A DNA stretch of 64,000 nt from Squalus acanthias (lineage: Eukaryota): positions 119,476,001 through 119,540,000 of the forward strand of contig CM059431.1 in NCBI GenBank assembly GCA_030390025.1. The letters are read 5' to 3'. The position numbers and the translations under genes were made by a program. This document shows, one piece after another, positions 12,422 through 24,409 of this stretch (its first letter is position 1; each line of letters opens with the position of its first letter). Under the pieces are notes generated by a model. It had not been told where the DNA came from, did no database searches, and worked only from the letters and a program-made list of their open reading frames with translations.

Positions 12422-13582
12422 TTAAATCCTGAGAAGGCTGCTGCGAGCTCTTCCCGACGGTGGGAGGGCACTGACCCTTCCCTCTGATCTGCCGCAGCCT
12501 GTTGCTGCGCTGACCCTTTCCTCTGATCTGCCGCAGCCTGTTACTGCTTCGATGTGGCCTGTCTCTACCCGGGTTATCTTAACCTGAAACTTACGCCCTG
12601 GGGCAGCCTGTGGACCTGACCACATCTTCCTGGGCTGGGGTACTCTGCTTGACCTACGGGGAATTGCTATGGGCGGGGGCTCCGTGACGGACGGACCGGG
12701 TCCCGAGACCTTCAACGGGATGACCTGGGGTTCCATCACAGACGCCAGCCCCGCCTCCGCTGACTCCGCCTCCCTAACCTCGGGGCTGGCAGTTCGGGGC
12801 CCCGCCCTGCTCGGCCCAGCAGGCGGCCCTTCACTCGTGAACTCTGCCTCCCCTGAGGACTGGACGTTCAAAGCGGGCGGCCACACCTCTGGGAACCACA
12901 TAGCGGCTGGCCCGGCCTCCTCTAGCTCCTTCCTCCTGCTGTCGGGACCTGCAGCTTGTGTGTCCACCCCGTATGGATCTCTACCTAGCGGCCCCAATCC
13001 TCCCAGACCGTTCCTCAGGAACCACCCGTCATCATCACTATGCTCATCTGCACTATCCTCATCTGACCAGGGTACCCTGGGGTCCTCGTCATCTAACCCC
13101 CAACTCCAGAAAAACGCTGCATGATCGTCCGGGATGTCCCTTCCCCTGATGCAAGCTGCTACGCCTGCCTGTGTGCCTTGTGGTCCTACCTGGGGCTGTG
13201 TTTTCCCACTCGCAGGTCTGGCCCCTCCCTTAAGACAGGCCACCGCCCCTGCTTGTTTCTGTGAAATCTCACCTGCTGGAGGCTGCAGATTTCTATCCTG
13301 TTTTAAAACCTCATGCTCCCGGCTTTTGGCTACCCTGTAGGCTGCTTTTATCTCTCTAAGCTGCCCTTCTAGCCTGAGCACGTCTAACTTTCCCATTGCT
13401 CGGGCGTTCTCCTCCCGCAGGGCCTGCTCTCTAAGCTGCCCTTCCAGCCCATCTATTTTCCCTATTAAGCGGGCGTTCTCCTCCCGCAAGGCCTGCTCTT
13501 TTAACCTGGCCTCCTCACCGCAGACCCCCTCCTGTGCGTGTCTTTTAAAAGGACACAGGTAGGCAGGCTGCGTGGGCTCTAG
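12422..13582 (-). CDS. ORF-X, unknown protein in frame with gag (probable readthrough extension)
   Basis: Open frame from the codon after the gag TGA to TAA at 12422, with no early ATG. Coiled-coil repeats, an acidic/Trp patch and a Pro-rich tail. Also intact in copy A2. Confidence 0.75.
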   Translation of the reverse strand, partial: LEPTQPAYLCPFKRHAQEGVCGEEARLKEQALREENARLIGKIDGLEGQLREQALREENARAMGKLDVLRLEGQLREIKAAYRVAKSREHEVLKQDRNLQPPAGEISQKQAGAVACLKGGARPASGKTQPQVGPQGTQAGVAACIRGRDIPDDHAAFFWSWGLDDEDPRVPWSDEDSADEHSDDDGWFLRNGLGGLGPLGRDPYGVDTQAAGPDSRRKELEEAGPAAMWFPEVWPPALNVQSSGEAEFTSEGPPAGPSRAGPRTASPEVREAESAEAGLASVMEPQVIPLKVSGPGPSVTEPPPIAIPRRSSRVPQPRKMWSGPQAAPGRKFQVKITRVETGHIEAVTGCGRSEERVSAATGCGRSEGRVSALPPSGRARSSLLRI

Positions 13583-15394
13583 TCATTGGGTACTATTAGA
13601 CGGTCCTGCGGCACCTACGGGGCCGGTTGCGACCGCCACCTGTCCACGCGCATTCAAAACCATCTTGCGCATGACTCCTAACACTGCTTCGAGGTCTTCG
13701 GGAGAGGTGGGTGCCTTTGCTTCCTTAGCCGGGACAGGCGCCTGGGTTCGGACCGCGGGATTTTTATCCTTGGAATCCTTCCAAGGGTTCCTGCAGTGCT
13801 TGCGCCAGTGCCCTGTCTTCCCACACCCGTAACAGGCATTACTTGCCTGTGGGGCGCGATTACCCTCCTGATGCCACTCTCTTTGAGTCGGGGCTGCGGG
13901 TCGTACCTCATGTACTCTTCCCTTAAAGGGACGTGTCGTCATACCCCTTATGTTACGGTAACCTAACGTGAGTCGATTCAAGACCGACTCTTCCGTAAGG
14001 TTGAGGTCATTGGGATCGAACCAGGCTTTTGCCTGCTCTCTAACGGCTGGTAAACTGTTGGCTATTATGCACCTAAGCCAATGAATTAAAGCGGCGCCTT
14101 CCACATCTTCGCGTTCGGGCGCACCTAGACAGCTGCGCTCATATACTGGCCACAGCCTGTCGGCAAAAACCTTCGGGGGTTCTCCCTCCATCTGCACTGT
14201 CTGTCCCACTCTAGCAAACGGACCTCCGTCGTTCGCTCCCACTACTTCTAGGACCTCATTTTTCAATTCCTCATAACTTTTATTACCCCTCTTGCTATCG
14301 CCTGAGAGACACTGAAGGACCGAGCTGTCTAATGAGAACAGCAGCATTTTTGCTGTCTCCCCATCATCGCAGCCGTTAATGGCTGCGGCTTGCTCAACTT
14401 CCCTGAAATGTACGGAAGGGTCGTCTATCTCGGTCAGCTTCCTTACGTGGTTTATCATGGCCCTCAGCTGATGTGAACTGTGAGGCAACACCAGCTGTCC
14501 GAGGAGATCCCCCGGTTCTTCCCCACCGTTTCTGCTTGGGCCCCTTTTAATCCCCGTTACTGGATACAACAATCCCTTTTCTACCTCCTTTTCAACGGGC
14601 TCTTTTGCTTCTTCCGTTGCTTCCTCCCTAACCCAGGTTTCTGAATAGCTGGGTGGCGCGGAGGGCGCACTGGCTACTACTTCTTCTGCTTTACTTGGTG
14701 GGGAATTTCTAAATCTCTCATTTACTAGCGGCTGGCGTGCCGACGGATTAATAAGGCACACCATGCCGTTCGCATTATTCACGGCCCTTTTGAGGCTCTC
14801 TATCTCTTTTTCGCAGGCGCTATGGTCGGCTCCCTGAAACTTATCCTCAAGGGCCAACTTATACGCCGACCTAACCCCCATTAAGCTCTCTTCTTGAGTT
14901 CTTATCTGGGCAGCTTGACGGTTACATCTTTCCTTCATCCTACTCTCGTTTAATTTTGCTTCAGTGATCTGGCACTCGAGATACTCTACCCTTGTTTTAA
15001 GGTAACTGGAGACTTCCTGGCTTTCCTGGCGTAACTCATTTAAACTCTTAATGAGCGCCTCCCCTCCAGAAACCTTCTCCTCCATTTCCTCCTCTAGATG
15101 CTTGATTCGAGCGGTTAGCGCTGTATTGGTCTGGTTTGAAATCTGAACCTGCCTTTTGTAGCACATAAGCCAGACTGCTTTCTCAACTGCCTTTTTATGC
15201 TCCTTACTATCCGTCCACCTTTCAGCTGCCTCTAGTGGGCTCTTATCCGCTAACAATTCGCTTATCCACTTTTTCGTTAGATTAACCTTTCCAAATACGT
15301 AATCCGCTATCTTTTCCTGCATCACATTTCGTACAGTCATTCCAAAATCTAACACACTACCCTCTCGCTGCCAGTGTCCTGCCGCGGTCGCCAT
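13583..15394 (-). CDS. gag: Gag, 603 aa, with coiled coil, PSAPPSY late domain, capsid-like region and CCHC zinc knuckle
   Basis: CYGCGKTGHWRKHC fits C-X2-C-X4-H-X4-C. It is the first ORF after the 5' LTR/PBS. Confidence 0.9.
   Translation of the reverse strand: MATAAGHWQREGSVLDFGMTVRNVMQEKIADYVFGKVNLTKKWISELLADKSPLEAAERWTDSKEHKKAVEKAVWLMCYKRQVQISNQTNTALTARIKHLEEEMEEKVSGGEALIKSLNELRQESQEVSSYLKTRVEYLECQITEAKLNESRMKERCNRQAAQIRTQEESLMGVRSAYKLALEDKFQGADHSACEKEIESLKRAVNNANGMVCLINPSARQPLVNERFRNSPPSKAEEVVASAPSAPPSYSETWVREEATEEAKEPVEKEVEKGLLYPVTGIKRGPSRNGGEEPGDLLGQLVLPHSSHQLRAMINHVRKLTEIDDPSVHFREVEQAAAINGCDDGETAKMLLFSLDSSVLQCLSGDSKRGNKSYEELKNEVLEVVGANDGGPFARVGQTVQMEGEPPKVFADRLWPVYERSCLGAPEREDVEGAALIHWLRCIIANSLPAVREQAKAWFDPNDLNLTEESVLNRLTLGYRNIRGMTTRPFKGRVHEVRPAAPTQREWHQEGNRAPQASNACYGCGKTGHWRKHCRNPWKDSKDKNPAVRTQAPVPAKEAKAPTSPEDLEAVLGVMRKMVLNARGQVAVATGPVGAAGPSNSTQ
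15376..15393 (-). promoter_or_regulatory. Primer-binding site of A1 (tRNA-Ser-like, tentative)
   Basis: TGGCGACCGCGGCAGGAC lies 5 nt after the LTR end. The TGGCG...GCAGGA pattern resembles tRNA-Ser PBSs. Confidence 0.65.
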
Positions 15395-15398
15395 TTTC

Positions 15399-16999
15399 TG
15401 TAAGGGATTCTCTCCTGACCCTGCGTGTCTCGTAGCCTGTGAGATTCACGCGGCTCTGTGCAGCCTGTATGTCAGTGCGGGTCTAGGCCTGGTCTCCAGC
15501 CAGTCTGGGAACACTAGACACCCCTGTGAGTGGTTCGAATCACTCTCCCTTACGGTTCTAGACACTGGACTTAGATGCGAGAGCAGTAATGGAGATAAAA
15601 CTCATGTAGACTTGGTTTGAACGGTACGAAATGGAAAATCTTTATTGCATGATACTTAAAATTATGAAATACATGTCATATGCACAGATTAATGACAGTA
15701 CAATCTTACAAACAGTTATAATCACTCTTAGGGAAACGAGGAACGACCAGCACAACGTAAATAGGGCACACATTACAAATATCCTTAATCTTTAAACCCT
15801 CCCCTATCAATGTCTATCCTAAACTAGCTTCGTAGGATCCCGAGACTCATGCTCACCACTCGTAATAACTCGGAGAAATCCCGAATAGCTGATCGGATGT
15901 TTTTCACCGCAGCACCCACGTGTTGGTCAGGAGATCTCCTGGTCCCACTTGTTTACTGCTTCTGCTGCTCGGTCAGTCGGCTGGACCGTCCGCTGTAGTG
16001 AAGACCTCTGTTGGTTGGATACAAGGTATGGTGGAGCACCGTTGTCAATATCGCTGATACGATGTGTTTGCACAGTCCAGTTATCGTCGATGCAATATGT
16101 CTTGTTAAAGAAGAAAACTTCCTGTCGAGAAGACTTGGCTGATCGACCTACAGGCGCGGTCGGGATCTACTGACCGTGGCGATGGATAAGGTCTTCTTCT
16201 CTTCTCCTCTCATCTCATCTCATCTCATCTCATCTCATCCCGGGCCTTCGGTTCCGCTGCCAGCTACCAACATAGGTCTTTGCAACAGTCTTTTACACAG
16301 GAGCAGCCACGATGATAACAGCAACAAGCGGCAAGAGTCAAGAACACGAGGCAAGAGCAAGAGCAAGAGGCCAGAGAGCGAATGGACGGTTTGGGGCCTG
16401 CAATTATAGTGCACAGTTCTTCCGTTTCCCGCCCAACTACAATGTCCATTCTTTTGTTTAAGGTTTGGCGCCCAAAATGTCCTGTATGGGTGATCTCTGT
16501 CCTTAATGGGTTTCGGGGCTACTCCTGAATGTTTGAGTACCTGTTAATATTTCTCCCATTGTTAAATCGGTCGGTGTTCCCCCTGGAGGGGTTTGGGGCT
16601 TCCAAGTGTCCTGTATAACTACCTGCTAACGGCTCTCTCATCGTAGAGCCGTTGGGAGTTTACATATTAATGTCCTTTGGATGGGCCCTTGATGGCTTTC
16701 CTTTGTACCTGGGAGACCGATTCCAGTATCGATGTTTATACTGTAAACCCATAATGTCCTGTGTATTGTCTTCACTGTGCTGAATCGTTATCGATCTTGC
16801 AAGAATGTTTATTGGAACGCCATCTTGTCTGCCTGCTGAAAAGTCTAGAATGTTCTGTCACGCGGTGCGGCGGCCATTTTACAGGCTGCTTGTGTCCAAT
16901 TTAAACCTGACAGCATTCCGCTGAAATAAAAGCTGTTTTGAACGAAACTTTGTGTTTTCTCCTTATTAAAATGAAATCGCGATAATTGCGAATTCTACA
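15399..16999 (-). repeat. 5' LTR of element A1
   Basis: Direct repeat of 7753-9353. On the minus strand it reads TGTAGAATTC...CCCTTACA. Confidence 0.95.
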
Positions 17000-17087
17000 G
17001 ACCTCTTGAAAGGGGAGGTGCTTTCTGCCTGCAACAGGTGCTGGAACTGCTTGTGGAGGCAAGTGTTGTAAAGAAGAAGACTGAGTA

Positions 17088-17327
17088 ATGGCTCAACAGG
17101 ACAGAGAAAGGGCTCCAAGGATCTCAGATGCAGCACTGGATGCCTTGGTCCAGGAGGTCAACTCCAGGAGAGAGCTTCTCTTTCCACAGGGGGCTAGGAG
17201 GCCATTCAGGCAACAAACAAGATTGCAGTGGGAACAGCTAGACAATGTGGTCAATGTCAGTGGTATAGTCGCGAGGACCTGGATTCAGTGCAGGAAGAAG
17301 TCTAATGACCTCACACGGGTGGTCAAG
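17088..17327 (+). pseudogene. Harbinger Myb/SANT-like DNA-binding protein, exon 1 (later exons degenerate)
   Basis: RAPRISDAALDALVQEV...LFP...W...RTWIQCRKKSNDL. GT donor at 17328 and AG acceptor at 17600-17601. Confidence 0.8.
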
Positions 17328-18166
17328 GTCAGTGAATTCATCTTCAAATGCCATATCCCACCATCTGCACCACTAGCCTCACACATTGCTTAATGCACCA
17401 CACCCCCATCACTCACCTACCAACAATCTCTACCAAACACGGCTCAGACCTCACATTCATAGCTCCACACACACTTAGCACTGCTACAAGCCTCACACCC
17501 ACATCTCACAGCTTGAACACACTGTCAGCTATTCACCATGACAGGCACATCACCCAAACATATTTCACCACACTCACTGACACACTTCCCTTTCTTTGCA
17601 GGAAAAGGTGGCACATAACCGCAGGCAGCAGACCTTAACTAGTTGGGGACAGGTTCATCTGCATGACGTCACCCCTTGGAGGAGACGGTCATTCTGGGCA
17701 GGGGCATGGCTGAGCCCGTGGCCAGTGGCAGGGCTAAAAGAATACAAGATGCTGGAATCCTCATACGGTATCCTCCTTCTTGCATCCCACCTCCCCCTCA
17801 TCTCACATTCTCTTCTGAGTTACAATCTGCACATGGTGTAAGCATGCACCTCTTGCTTTCCCCCCATCGTCTCACCACAACCCTACCCTTGTGCCTTTCC
17901 CATTTCAGACATGCACGAAATCCAGCCTGCCCAGCCAGTGGATGAACAAGGAGAGGGAGAGGAGAGTGAAGAGAGTGACACTCCCAGCCACCAGCTCAGA
18001 TATTGACACTTTGCGTACGTGAGAGGATAGGTTAGATGCAGGATCTTCACGTGGTGAGATACCGGGCACAAGTGGCCTGCAGCCACGGCAGGGGGAAAGG
18101 GTAGCTCAGGTGCCAGCTCTCCGGAGGGCGAGGTCGCACACAAGTTCTGCTGCACAGGACTCAGGG

Positions 18167-18400
18167 CTCCAGCTTGGAAGGATCCCGATGTGAAGAAATT
18201 CAGGACCACGGTCACCTTCACAGCCACTGGCAACGCTGTCCTTGCCCTGGAGTGAGGCTGCATGTCTGGTTGCAAGAGGTGGCAGAGTTCTGTGAGCACC
18301 TCTTGCGTAAAGTGCAGACGCCTCACACAATCCTCCCGGCTCAGGTTGAGGTAAGAGAATTGCTCTTAGAAGACCCTAGGTGGGTAAGGCCTCCTGCTCA
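18167..18400 (-). pseudogene. Harbinger (HARBI1-like) transposase N-terminal fragment
   Basis: RRLHFTQEVLTELCHLLQP...ALPVAVKVTVVLNFFTSGSFQ. Confidence 0.8.
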
Positions 18401-19181
18401 GAGCCCATCCCCCCCTCCTCCTCCTCCCTCAGAACCAAGGACCTCTTCACTTGCAGCACCACTCCCTGTCACCTCACCAACTTTAAATAATTCTAGAAAG
18501 CTCCAAACACTTCCACACACTTACACAAAGCCAGTGGAAATCAAAAAGCAAGTTACCTGAAAGTTGGTGATGATCCCTTTACATAGAGCTGAAACGGAAT
18601 CCTTCCTGCTGCCGAATGCATGTTCAGCTGTACAAGGTTAAGAGAGGGTGTTACCTCCAGCGATGATGACAAATGGCAGTGCTGGCATCAAATCAGCATT
18701 GAACGCTGATTGACGTCATGATCTGCTTACTTATCATACTTCTAGCGCATGCTCCTAAAGGCCGCCCTCACCAAGATGGTGTCTGGTGCGGCCCACACCA
18801 GAAGTGTGCGCGCTGCTTGGATGCCATTTTGGTCCCAATATGCAACAGGCGCTACGCAACAGAATTTCTAGACCATATATTATAAATATATATCTACATA
18901 CACACACATAAATATATATACATATTCAGTAGACATCAGCCTTAGTTAATGAAAACCTCTAACGATTTACCAGAGACCATCATTCTTTTTAATATCTGGT
19001 TACTAGTCACAAAAATCTGTCAATCATTAAATCAGAGGCTGGAGTGATACTCTTTCATAATGATTGACAGCTTATTTTCAACATTCAGGAACAAAAATAA
19101 TAACGACTCCCATTGAGTCAATGGAGACACTCTTTACTCAACCCATAGCTGACATCAGCTGAATGTACATCAAACCCTTAC

Positions 19182-19335
19182 CTGACCTGAAATGTCAGGT
19201 CTCCTCGTTGCATGTGGTGCAGTGCTGTTGCTAATGATTTCTCTGACAGGAGATTTTTGATAAATGATAACATTGACGCAAAAGTGGAATTTACTTTATG
19301 TTGAAGGTATTTCCCCATAAATTTTAATGAACCAC
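19182..19335 (-). CDS. Candidate host-gene internal exon (unidentified)
   Basis: In apparently non-repeat DNA. Acceptor TGTTGTAG|G, open frame GSLKFMGKYLQHKVNSTFASMLSFIKNLLSEKSLATALHHMQRGDLTFQV, donor CAG|GTAAGG. Protein not recognised. Confidence 0.25.
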
Positions 19336-19912
19336 CTACAACATTGCAGAACCAATTTCAAAGCTTGGTGAAACAATCAGAATACATGGAATAAAAATAT
19401 CTCTTCAGCAGTGATGGTGAATTGCAGACTTTCATTCCTGACAAAGCCTGTCGTGATTCATGATCACTGCAGCCACCATGCAGGTATGCTAGATTTGTAC
19501 AAGAGACTCCAAGTTTCCTTAGTTGATATTTAAAAGAATAATGTATCAGAAATAAAGATGAAAAAAAAACAATACTACAGACTAGATTCTCATGAGCTTC
19601 TGCGCAGGTATGTATATCCCTGATTTACACCAACTGGTTGTATCCCAAATATGCTGTGCTAACAGTTTTCTGGACCTGTTATTTTGTTTCAAAGAAGTGG
19701 GATCCAGAAGCACTTTGCTAATAGCATTTTCTAAGAATCTGCCGCTAACCGTGTTACAATACATTACTGGCCAATCAACACAATTTTTAAGGCTTGGATG
19801 CTAATCAAGGAGAGTTTGAGATTCAGTTAAGCTAGGCATTACTGTGTACTCAATTGCTGCGCTATTTTTCCAACTCAAATACTTACAAGCGGCAACCAGG
19901 ACAGAAAATTAT

Positions 19913-20382
19913 GGGCTGTATTTTGCGACCCCTACGGGTGCGTACGAGGTGTGTACGCGCCCGTAGGGGCCGCGCAAGTTCCGGGTTTAGGCATACGAAG
20001 CACATGCGCGAAAACCTGGAACTTGCGATCTGTCAAGAATTCTCTTGACAGATCCTCCGCATCCCCGGGAAAAGGGCGTCCGCGGGCGGAGAGTTGCGCT
20101 ACTTGCCCAACTTCCGCCCGCTGAATGCCCGTGAAATTCTTACACCTGGTAAAAGCAGTATGAAGGGGGATCACCTTTTATTGGTAGGGCTGGTCCACGT
20201 GATCCCAGGGGCACTTGCGAACCACCTGCGCCCCTGGGGTACGTGGGCCTCTTCCCGCGCGTACCCGGAGAGGCCCAGGAGCGCGAGTCGCCGTACCTCC
20301 TGGACGACCAGGTAAATTTGTAGATTTTTTACAGGTCATAGGCATCCGCCCGCAGGAAGCCTCAGACTACAAATTTTGGGGC
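19913..20382. mobile_element. Harbinger-type MITE
   Basis: Starts GGGCTGTATTTTG and shares subterminal palindromes with the 2640 and 21089 copies. Confidence 0.6.
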
Positions 20383-21088
20383 AATGCCAATCCATGCTGA
20401 ATCCTAAAGAGCAACTCACTGACAAAGCCGTAATGTTATTTCTTCAGGAGAATGTAATATTGATGCGAAAACTACATTTCTTTAATTAAGAAATACGTTT
20501 TAAAAAATTGACTTTAGTGTATGAGGGGACCAATTTGCAAACACTTTTCCTCTCTGCTAAATTATTTCACAGTTTACGAATATTTTTGGAAGATTTCCCA
20601 AAGCAGGTGAGTGCACAAACTTTTCTGCACTGAAAAAAGTGCTTCCATGACAATAGAAATTTTCTTTTAATCATTCTAAAGGTCAGAAATACCAGAAACA
20701 TTTTTAAATCAAATAGGTGACACAGCACTTATATATTTTTTGCAATTGATGGGTGTGTAACTGAATGTTTTATTCTCAATTATGTCAGTCCCACCATAAA
20801 GAAAGAACTTTTACAAAAAGGTAAAAATAATTCTCAAGATTTGTGCTGAGCAAAAGCACTTACAAGTCACTTAAGAACAGCTGTTGTCCATATTTTAAGA
20901 AACTTCAACAACATTTGTTATACAATCGAATACATTTTGAACTAACTCTCAAATGTGTAGTTACATCCCCTTAGCCCTTAAAATGCACAATGCAAAATAT
21001 GTTAACAAACTGCTGTTTACAACCCAGAGAACTGAGTGGTCCTGACTTATCAATAGCCATCATGTTTTGTTTCTGGCTCCCAATCAAT

Positions 21089-21831
21089 GGGCCAGAAATT
21101 CGGGTCGGAGGCTTCCCGCGGGTGCAAGCCCCCAACCTGCACTTACCTAGCGCGCTTGCCGTTGTGCTGTGGGCCCGCATGGGATTCCGATCCTGGGCCT
21201 CCTCCAGCTGCCGCCGCGCAGTGCTTGCGTATCCCAGGGGCGCAGTTAGTTCGAAGTGTCCCCTGGGATCACGTGGGCCATGGAGAGCCAATCGGAGCAG
21301 GGAATCTCCATTCATAGATTTGACAGGGAGACCTGTCAAATCTATGAATAGCGATCAGCCCCAAAACCTCACTAAAACTTCAAATATATATTTTTTTAAA
21401 TCACATTTTTAAAATAAATAAATTACATAAATTAACTATTTTAAACAAAAACTTAAATTTTTGAAAAAATTACTTACAGTTTTTAACGGGGCTAAAAATA
21501 AACGTACCTTTCTTTAAAATATTTTAAAAAGATAAACCTGTGGAAAAAATGTTTAAATTTTACTTAATTCACCACTTACCTTGATAAAACCAGGCCTTGC
21601 GCATCTGCTAGGGACTTACCCTGACGGAGAAATCTGAAAAAAACTCGGAAGTTCCAGGCATATGTGCGCCTCTCCGGCGCACGCGTTTGACCTCCGAACC
21701 CTTTCCTTCAAGGGAACGGAAGTTCCGGTTTCCAGCACATGCGCAGTGCATGCGCGAAACCGGCACTTTCGTTGGGTCTACGGGTGAGTACACTGCACGT
21801 ACTCACCCGTGGAGACCCGAATTTCTGGCCC
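21089..21831. mobile_element. Harbinger-type MITE with perfect 18-bp TIRs
   Basis: GGGCCAGAAATTCGGGTC ... GACCCGAATTTCTGGCCC. Confidence 0.85.
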
Positions 21832-22923
21832 AGCTACTATGTGGCACTGCGGACTGGAGGAAGCTTGCCATCCAAGCCCATGTATGCCAGCTGGTGGGCA
21901 TTCCAATCCTGTGCTGTGCACATATGCTGCACTTTGACAGAAGCATAGCTATCCAAAATGCATAGGTCAGTCAAAAGGAGGTGCTGTTCTGACCATTTTC
22001 CTGGCACCTATGCCTCTTGTTGCAGCTTTTTTGAACAATTAAGACTTGAAAGACATTTCATAGATTGTGAGGCCCACTTGTCGCCAGTAAGAAGCTATTG
22101 ATTGATGTATTGTAAAGAAATTATATAAGCTCATGGTTGTAAACTTGCTGGATATCACTTATTTGGAAATTGATTTGAAAGTTGTTCCCACAAGCGCATT
22201 CTTGCCAAGAATCTTATTTTATCACTATATTCCCTCCACAATTACTGTGAAATCAAAATCTACAATGGCTTCATAAAATGTAAATGTAACTGTGAATGCA
22301 AACCCTTGAAAATACAATAATAATCAAAAGAAATAAATCAATTGAGGATATATTTCATCCGCCTACTATCTCATTCAGAAATGTCTGAATTATCAATTAT
22401 CAAAGCTATAATTAGGCAAATAATCTTTTGGACGTGTAACTTGTTGTATTGGGTGTAACAAATTGCTAGCATCAGGCTAAAATTGGTTTCAGATTGATAT
22501 GATGACTGATATTTGTGTATCAAAGAAACAGAGGGGAGAGGAGGAGATTTTGTTTTACTCAGCGAGTTATTATGATCTGGAATGCACTGCTTGCTTCAAT
22601 AATAACTTTCAAAAGCCAATTGGATATATTTCATATAGATTTTCCTTTCTTGCGGTTTTTGGGTTTTTGGCCATGCCGGAGCTGGTTGGACAAGAATGCC
22701 AACATAGAAGATAGGAGACCCAGTCCATTTTAAGGGCTGGGCATTACTATTTCGGCTGATGGGCTGTATGTGATAAATGATTGTCCCAGGCTGCTGGCTC
22801 CAGACCACTGTACAACCAGTGGCCTGGCCCAGCCTCTGGGCCCAGAATAAGGAAGGTCCATGGGGGGAGGGAGTGAGGCTTCCATTCTCAGATGTGGGTC
22901 TCAGTGCAACCACAACCCAGGTA

Positions 22924-22951
22924 GTGTCAGCTGTGGCTCAGTGGGTAGCAC
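22924..22951 (+). mobile_element. 5' tRNA-derived head of a DeuSINE split by the Tx1 insertion
   Basis: GTGTCAGCTGTGGCTCAGTGGGTAGCAC contains an A-box. The SINE continues at 51074. Confidence 0.75.
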
Positions 22952-23092
22952 ACTCTAGATGGGAGAGGCTAGGAGTGATCAGGTGCTGCTGGGTGCTTGA
23001 TTACTGCAGGGAGTTGGAGTGAGTTTGGAAAAAGTTGGTGAAGGTTTTTTTTTCAGGTTTTAGGGCCTTTTTGGTCCATAAAAAGCAGCCAG

Positions 23093-24400
23093 ATGGCTGC
23101 TGAGGGGCCCAGAGTGCCGGGCCCCTCAGAGGACAGTGTTCCCAGGATGAATTTAATCAGGGGAGTAAATGTTGAAGGTAGGGAGAAAAAAAGGCTCAAA
23201 GATTTGATCCGGACCCCAGGAGGTTTGGAAAAGAAAACACGGTGGTGGTTCAGTGCGAGGATAAGAAGATACGAGCTTGGGATATTATCCAAGCGGTACA
23301 TGAGGACTGCAGCGAGGGAAGCTGCTTTGCCTGCCGACCAAAGCCGAATGTTGGATTCGAGGTGATGGTCAGTGGCCGAGAGGAGGTGGAAAGACTTTTA
23401 CTGAGTTTGAAGGTTGGAGATAAGTTCTTGGCGATATCTCTGCTATATTCTGAAGAGGTGGTAGTCTCACTCTTAAACCTGCCGGTTTATATTGAGGATG
23501 ATGTGCTATTAAAAAAGTTGGAGTCATGGGACATTAAAATTTGCTTGGCAATAAAGAGGAGATACTATCCAGGAACACGGGTAGAAGATGGAACCCATTA
23601 CGATGCGGTTCCCAGAGGGGGTGAAGTCATAGCCGTATAGCATGAAATTCGAGACAATGGAAGGAGTGCGGTACTTCTGGGTACTGCGTGATAACCAGGT
23701 GAAGGTTTGTTATTATTGTCTTCGACACGACCATCTTGTAAGAAGCTGTTATAATTGCAGTGTGTCTGGACACATCGCTTGGAGCTGCAAGGCAGAGAGC
23801 TATGGGGTGTGTCACAAAGGTCCCACCCGCTGTGAGTGTGAGGCAGAAGGAAGCCCCTTGAGTGATGAGGAGATGGGAGAAGGAGCAGGAGGTGTGAGCA
23901 GAGCAGATGGAGGACACAGCTGGTGAATGGAAGGAGAGTAGAGCACAGTAAGAGGTAGAAAATTGCGGAGCAGAGAACAAGATGGAGATGGTGGAACACA
24001 CACCAAGTACAGTGGAAAAGGACAAAGACAGCAGAGGGCAGCATGGGTTGAGGGCAGAGTCGAACCATAATACGGCTCAGCTGTCCCTAAAGAATCTGGT
24101 GTCCGTGGGGGGAGCGGAGGTGGGAGCAGGGTAAGTGTAAGTACTCCAGAGAAAGACGGGAAGTCAGACATCTCGGAGAGCAGGAGGGGGCAAGACAAGG
24201 AGAGGGTGCAAGAGGCAGGAGCCTTAAAGGGGCAGCAGGATGGGAGCACGGAGTCAAAGACGCCAGAAGGGAGCAAGATAGGTGCAGATGCGCCATTGTC
24301 CCAGAGAGAGGAGAAACGGGGAGCAAGGGTCAGCGGTGGAGATGAGGCCGAAGGGAGCGGCACTGTTGGAGAAACCATGATAGCAGGAAGACTGTCTAAG
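23093..24400 (+). pseudogene. Tx1 ORF1 (frameshifted)
   Basis: VVVSLLNLPVYIEDDVLLKKLESW...RRYYPGT, then CYYC..HDHLVRSC and CSVSGHIAWSC knuckles. Confidence 0.8.
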
Positions 24401-24409
24401 GAAGATTAT

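Larger units (their letters stand above)
7753..16999 (-). mobile_element. Full-length pol-less LTR element, family A copy 1 (LTR-gag-ORFX-env-LTR)
   Basis: 1601-bp direct repeats with TG...CA ends, flanks CACC/GACC, PBS, PPT and three intact ORFs. No PR/RT/IN motifs. Confidence 0.95.
7606..18874 (+). mobile_element. Harbinger DNA transposon (Myb gene +, transposase remnant -), interrupted by LTR element A1
   Basis: TIRs GGCCTAGATATT (7606) / AATTTCTAGACC (18874). Contains convergent Myb/SANT and HARBI1-like coding remnants. Confidence 0.75.

Noticed and set aside
12669..13340. Antisense ORFs over ORF-X, gag and env (also 41964-42557, 10084-10428 and others)
   Set aside because: Shadow frames of GC-rich coding sequence; their lengths differ between copies and they show no motifs.
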